Positions 48,241-51,690 of a DNA stretch of 51,690 bases are shown one piece after another. The notes under the pieces were generated by a model that was not told the origin of the DNA, searched no databases, and worked only from the letters and a program-made list of their open reading frames with translations. The position numbers and the translations under genes are program-made. The DNA is from Minisyncoccia bacterium (GTDB lineage Bacteria; Patescibacteriota; Minisyncoccia; Phycocordibacterales; UBA918): contig CAXRCZ010000005.1 in NCBI GenBank assembly GCA_964229335.1, positions 1 to 51,690 on the forward strand. The letters run 5' to 3'. Positions within the stretch are counted from its first letter, which is position 1, and each line of letters starts with the position of its first letter.

Positions 48241-49498
48241 AGTTGGAGATTGAGTATAGACCACTATCCTCGTCTTCCTTCTTTTTATCTTCTTCTTTAG
48301 ACTCTTGCAGGTCAGTCTGCGCTGGTGCTTGAATCGGTGTTTCTTCTTGATTGTGAGAGGCGTCAGCTTCTGATTGACTCTCAGACTCTTCTGTAACTGA
48401 CTCAGTCCAGTTGGTAGTCACCATAACCGCCTCGCTCGGTTGGGTTGGGTTAGCAGAATCAGTTTGATTATTAGTGGACGGATTATCTGTTCCTGGCTCG
48501 GTGTTATCTGTTTCGCGGTTGTCCGGATTAGAACCTTGCAGATCGACTGCAGGCAGTTGAGCAGTATCTTCTGTGGTCGCAGGTACTGTTGACTCTAGTG
48601 GCGTACTAGCGGTTAGACTTGCGATTTGTTCATTCTCATTGTCAGTAGGAGTGGCTTCGGCCAGCTGCTTTTCCTTGTCTCGCATACGCGACAACATTCC
48701 TTCTAAATCATCGACTGAGAAGTAATCAATGGTCAGACGTCCGCCAAAATCTGTCTTGAGAATCTGTACTCGAGTTCCCAAGGTTTCAGTGAACTGTTTT
48801 TCAATCTCCATCAGTTCTGCATCGGCTTCGGTTGGGGTTTTTTTGCGAACTTTGTCAGTTGCTATGCGACGAGCAATCGTTTCAACTTCTCGTACCGAAA
48901 GCTTCTTAAGAAGTAATTCTTCAAACACTGTTTTCATTTCCTCTGGACGATCGTTAAGCATCAGCAATGTCCTAGCGTGACCTTCGGTCAACTCACCTTT
49001 CTTTAAAGCTTCAAGAATGTACTCAGGCAAAGCTAGTAAGCGGACTGAGTTTGAAACATATTCTCGACTGCGACCAACTTTTTTTGCTACCTCAGTATGA
49101 GAAAGTCCAAATTGTTCTGCTAGTTGCTTAAAAGCGAGCGCACGATCGACGGCATTGAGATCTTCTCGCTGGAGGTTCTCGATAATAGCTAGTTCTAGTT
49201 TTTCCTGCTCACTCTCCTCCCCTTCACGAATAATTACCGGTACTTGTGCAATACCCATCAGCCGGCTAGCTCGCAATCGTCGTTCTCCAGCAATTAATTC
49301 GTATTCAGTATAAAACGTTCCGTCATCTCGTTGAACCTCATGACGGGTGACAGTGAGGGGTTGTAGAACGCCATACATGCGAATTGATTCACCTAGTTCT
49401 TTGAGTTTTGATTCATCAAATTCCCGCCTTGGTTGAAACGGGTTGGGAACGATTTTTTCTACTTCTACCCAATAAATTGAATCTCTCTGAAACGCCAT
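48230..49498 (-). CDS. parB: ParB/Spo0J partition protein with long acidic tail
   Basis: PNPFQPRR.F, LIAGERRLRA, IIENLQREDLN, HTH, EGHAR.LL. Confidence 0.93.
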   Translation of the reverse strand: MAFQRDSIYWVEVEKIVPNPFQPRREFDESKLKELGESIRMYGVLQPLTVTRHEVQRDDGTFYTEYELIAGERRLRASRLMGIAQVPVIIREGEESEQEKLELAIIENLQREDLNAVDRALAFKQLAEQFGLSHTEVAKKVGRSREYVSNSVRLLALPEYILEALKKGELTEGHARTLLMLNDRPEEMKTVFEELLLKKLSVREVETIARRIATDKVRKKTPTEADAELMEIEKQFTETLGTRVQILKTDFGGRLTIDYFSVDDLEGMLSRMRDKEKQLAEATPTDNENEQIASLTASTPLESTVPATTEDTAQLPAVDLQGSNPDNRETDNTEPGTDNPSTNNQTDSANPTQPSEAVMVTTNWTESVTEESESQSEADASHNQEETPIQAPAQTDLQESKEEDKKKEDEDSGLYSISNFTV

Positions 49499-49648
49499 AC
49501 AATTAACACGTCAATACTGGCCAAGTAATTAACCGACCGAGCACCTCCGTTATGTTGCTAGTTTACCATAGTACTCTCTCCCTCCCTGTTTATAACTTCT
49601 CAATTTTCTGCTACACTCCTTCACACAAAATCTGTTTGTAGATTTTAT

Positions 49649-49729
49649 GCCGGAGTGGCGGAATGGTAGACGCGCACGACTCAAAATCGTGTCTCGCAAG
49701 GGGTGAGGGTTCAAGTCCCTCCTCCGGCA
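49649..49729 (+). tRNA. tRNA-Leu(CAA)
   Basis: GCCGGAG/CTCCGGC acceptor stem, CACGA-CT-CAA-AA-TCGTG, variable arm, GGTTCAAGTCC. Confidence 0.96.
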
Positions 49730-49773
49730 CAAATAATTTGTTTTTGTAGTTGCCTACTGCTATATTCGCAGTA

Positions 49774-50676
49774 ATGAACAAAACAAAAGTCATTGCTGTG
49801 GTGGGACCGACAGCGTCGGGAAAGACATCACTAGCTATAGACATAGCGCTCGCCCATTCTGGCGAGGTGATTTCAGTGGACTCACGCCAAGTGTACAAAG
49901 GTCTCGATATCGGTACAAGTAAAGTCACAGAACCTGAAATGTCTGGCGTACCGCATCACCTAATTGATATCGCTGCAGTAACTGACACGTATACCGTCAC
50001 TAATTTTGTAGCTGATGCTAAAAGAGTCACACAAGAAATAATAGAACGAGAAAATCTACCGATTTTTGCCGGCGGCACTTTCTTTTATTTAGATCAATTA
50101 CGTGGTCTCGCAGGTACAGCTGCGGTGTCACCTAATCCGGTTTTACGGAAAAATTTAGAAACCCTTTCTACTGAAGAACTGACTCAACAAGTAAAGGTAA
50201 AAGATCCCAATCGCTTCGCATCAATAGACACTTCTAATCGAAGACGATTGGTACGAGCATTAGAGATTATTGAAGAGCTTGGTGAGGTGCCACCTGTTTC
50301 TAATATGAATTCTCCGTATGACTGGCTAGTACTAGGCATAGAGTCAGATACTACAAGTTTGGAGGAAAAATATATCACCCGAGCTAACAAGTGGTTGAAG
50401 CAAGGTTTATTAGACGAAGCCGCGTGGTTGGAGCAGTTGGTTGATACTGAGCGATTCCAAGAGTTTGGGTTCGAATATATCTTGGCTCAAAAATTGCTTC
50501 ACACAGAAATAAATAAGAGCGAATTCATACAGCAATTTATTGAGAAAAATAGACAATATGCCAAGCGTCAAATGACTTGGTTAAAAAAAGACAAAGAGAT
50601 TAAATGGTTTAAAAATTCTCAAAAGCAAGAAATCTTGGCTGCTGTAGAGAATTTTTTGCACGGCAGAGATGATTGA
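49774..50676 (+). CDS. miaA: tRNA dimethylallyltransferase
   Basis: GPTASGKT, DSRQVYKGLDIGT.K, PHHLID, GGT.FY, RQYAKRQMTW; start at 49774. Confidence 0.96.
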   Translation: MNKTKVIAVVGPTASGKTSLAIDIALAHSGEVISVDSRQVYKGLDIGTSKVTEPEMSGVPHHLIDIAAVTDTYTVTNFVADAKRVTQEIIERENLPIFAGGTFFYLDQLRGLAGTAAVSPNPVLRKNLETLSTEELTQQVKVKDPNRFASIDTSNRRRLVRALEIIEELGEVPPVSNMNSPYDWLVLGIESDTTSLEEKYITRANKWLKQGLLDEAAWLEQLVDTERFQEFGFEYILAQKLLHTEINKSEFIQQFIEKNRQYAKRQMTWLKKDKEIKWFKNSQKQEILAAVENFLHGRDD

Positions 50677-50714
50677 TTTATCTAGCAGTTTCGCCTAGTA
50701 TAGTACGGCATTAC

Positions 50715-50786
50715 GGGTCTATAGTTTAATTGGCAAAACAGCGGTCTCCAAAACCGCCGTTCGAGGTTCAAGTCCTCGTGGACCCG
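50715..50786 (+). tRNA. tRNA-Trp(CCA)
   Basis: GGGTCTA/TGGACCC acceptor stem, GCGGT-CT-CCA-AA-ACCGC, GGTTCAAGTCC. Confidence 0.96.
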
Positions 50787-50788
50787 CA

Positions 50789-50936
50789 TCTTTTGAAAGA
50801 GCCGACCCTTGCGGTTGGTTTTTTCTAAAGACTGCCCGAGGCTTGAAAAGGTTAATCAGATATTTTAAAAATACTTGGACTAAAATATCGATAACCTGTA
50901 CTGAATCTGTAAGCTTCAAGTCCTCGTGGACCCGCA
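50789..50936 (+). mobile_element. tRNA-Trp 3'-associated element containing TCTGTAAG family copy 3
   Basis: 22-bp direct repeat ttcaagtcctcgtggacccgca at 50767-50788 and 50915-50936; inverted T-arm fragment cgaggcttgaa at 50837-50847; hairpin and tail at 50850-50913. Confidence 0.7.
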
Positions 50937-50994
50937 AGAAGTGAGGCTAGTTTTTAAATCATTTTTATATAAATCAGACTGATTTAATTTGTAT

Positions 50995-51690
50995 TTAACG
51001 ACCTGTTGATGACCAATGAGGTTTGTCGTTAGAGAGATTGTTATAGAACCCATATTTTGACCCATTTTGTTTCAACCAATTGTATGCACCGGTTGTTAAC
51101 CTAATATCAATTGCTGTACCTAAAGTATGATTTGAACCACCTCCTCCCATTGAACAAGGAACTGCTGCTGTACGCTGAGCACATGAAGCTCTACCATTAA
51201 CTAATTTACAACCGTTTTGTTTCCATGCAATGTCCTGTTCCTCTGGCGGTCTGTATCCATCCACAATTTTTAAATCAATTCCATCTGCAAGAGCAGCTTT
51301 TCTCATTTCTAAAAACCTATCCACTGTATCTACTAAAGCACTTTCAAGACCGCCGATTGTTACTGATGCGGGAAATTCCTTCAACCTTGATTCAGCAATA
51401 GGTGTGCAGCGGTTTCCAGAACCACCCGTGGCAACAGCAGCTTCGGGTGAATCCGGATTAACAAAGACATGTTCATCAACATCAATATCATACTTCACTC
51501 TCGAGAACTCCGTCTGCTCCGCACACTGAATCTCATTCCACGGGAGGTTGCCATTCACTTTTCCATCGTCACCCAGTAGCGTACGCATGAGAGTGTCGAC
51601 TGCTACCCAGGCAGCCAGAACGATGATAAAGCCGATGATGGCATTAGTGAAGCTTTTTTTAGCCGCTTCTTTAGCACTTGGATTGCCGCC
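50995..51690 (-). CDS. VirB2/TrbC-like pilin segment fused to an M15B D,D-carboxypeptidase domain (5' end outside the window)
   Basis: Frame is open to the window edge: GNPSAKEAAKKSFTNAIIGFIIVLAAW...; then DGYR...Q, SNHTLGTAIDI, WL..N..KYGF, PHWS. Confidence 0.8.
   Translation of the reverse strand, partial: GGNPSAKEAAKKSFTNAIIGFIIVLAAWVAVDTLMRTLLGDDGKVNGNLPWNEIQCAEQTEFSRVKYDIDVDEHVFVNPDSPEAAVATGGSGNRCTPIAESRLKEFPASVTIGGLESALVDTVDRFLEMRKAALADGIDLKIVDGYRPPEEQDIAWKQNGCKLVNGRASCAQRTAAVPCSMGGGGSNHTLGTAIDIRLTTGAYNWLKQNGSKYGFYNNLSNDKPHWSSTGR

Overview
About 52 kb of compact bacterial chromosome (genetic code 11). Gene content and style point to Patescibacteria/CPR, probably Parcubacteria; this is inferred from short DnaX, type IV and VirB2-like pilins, many secreted acidic or peptidoglycan-acting proteins, no biosynthetic operons and leaderless-looking genes. 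Recognisable genes include znuABC with a divergent zur, lemA/htpX, groES/EL, secG, rnj, mutY, a GH1/EamA/glycoside hydrolase cluster, two DsbA proteins, mltG, dnaX, a Dus enzyme, ftsQ, serS, dprA, topA, a RelA/SpoT homologue, parB and miaA. There are four tRNAs (Ser-GGA, Gln-CTG, Leu-CAA, Trp-CCA) and a probable 6S RNA. The most unusual material is non-coding. (1) A family of small hairpin elements, with covarying stems and a conserved TCTGTAAG tail, sits beside duplicated target sequence at tRNA-Trp, at tRNA-Gln and at the 5' end of the GH1 gene; tRNA-Ser carries an element of similar layout. (2) A roughly 475-nt, promoter- and terminator-bounded, highly structured RNA candidate with ten UCGU motifs lies between serS and dprA. 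(3) A roughly 215-nt structured RNA candidate converges on the 6S RNA, just downstream of an AT-rich nuclease-like orphan gene. No CRISPR array, integrase or transposase gene was seen. All structures were derived by eye and no database searches were run.
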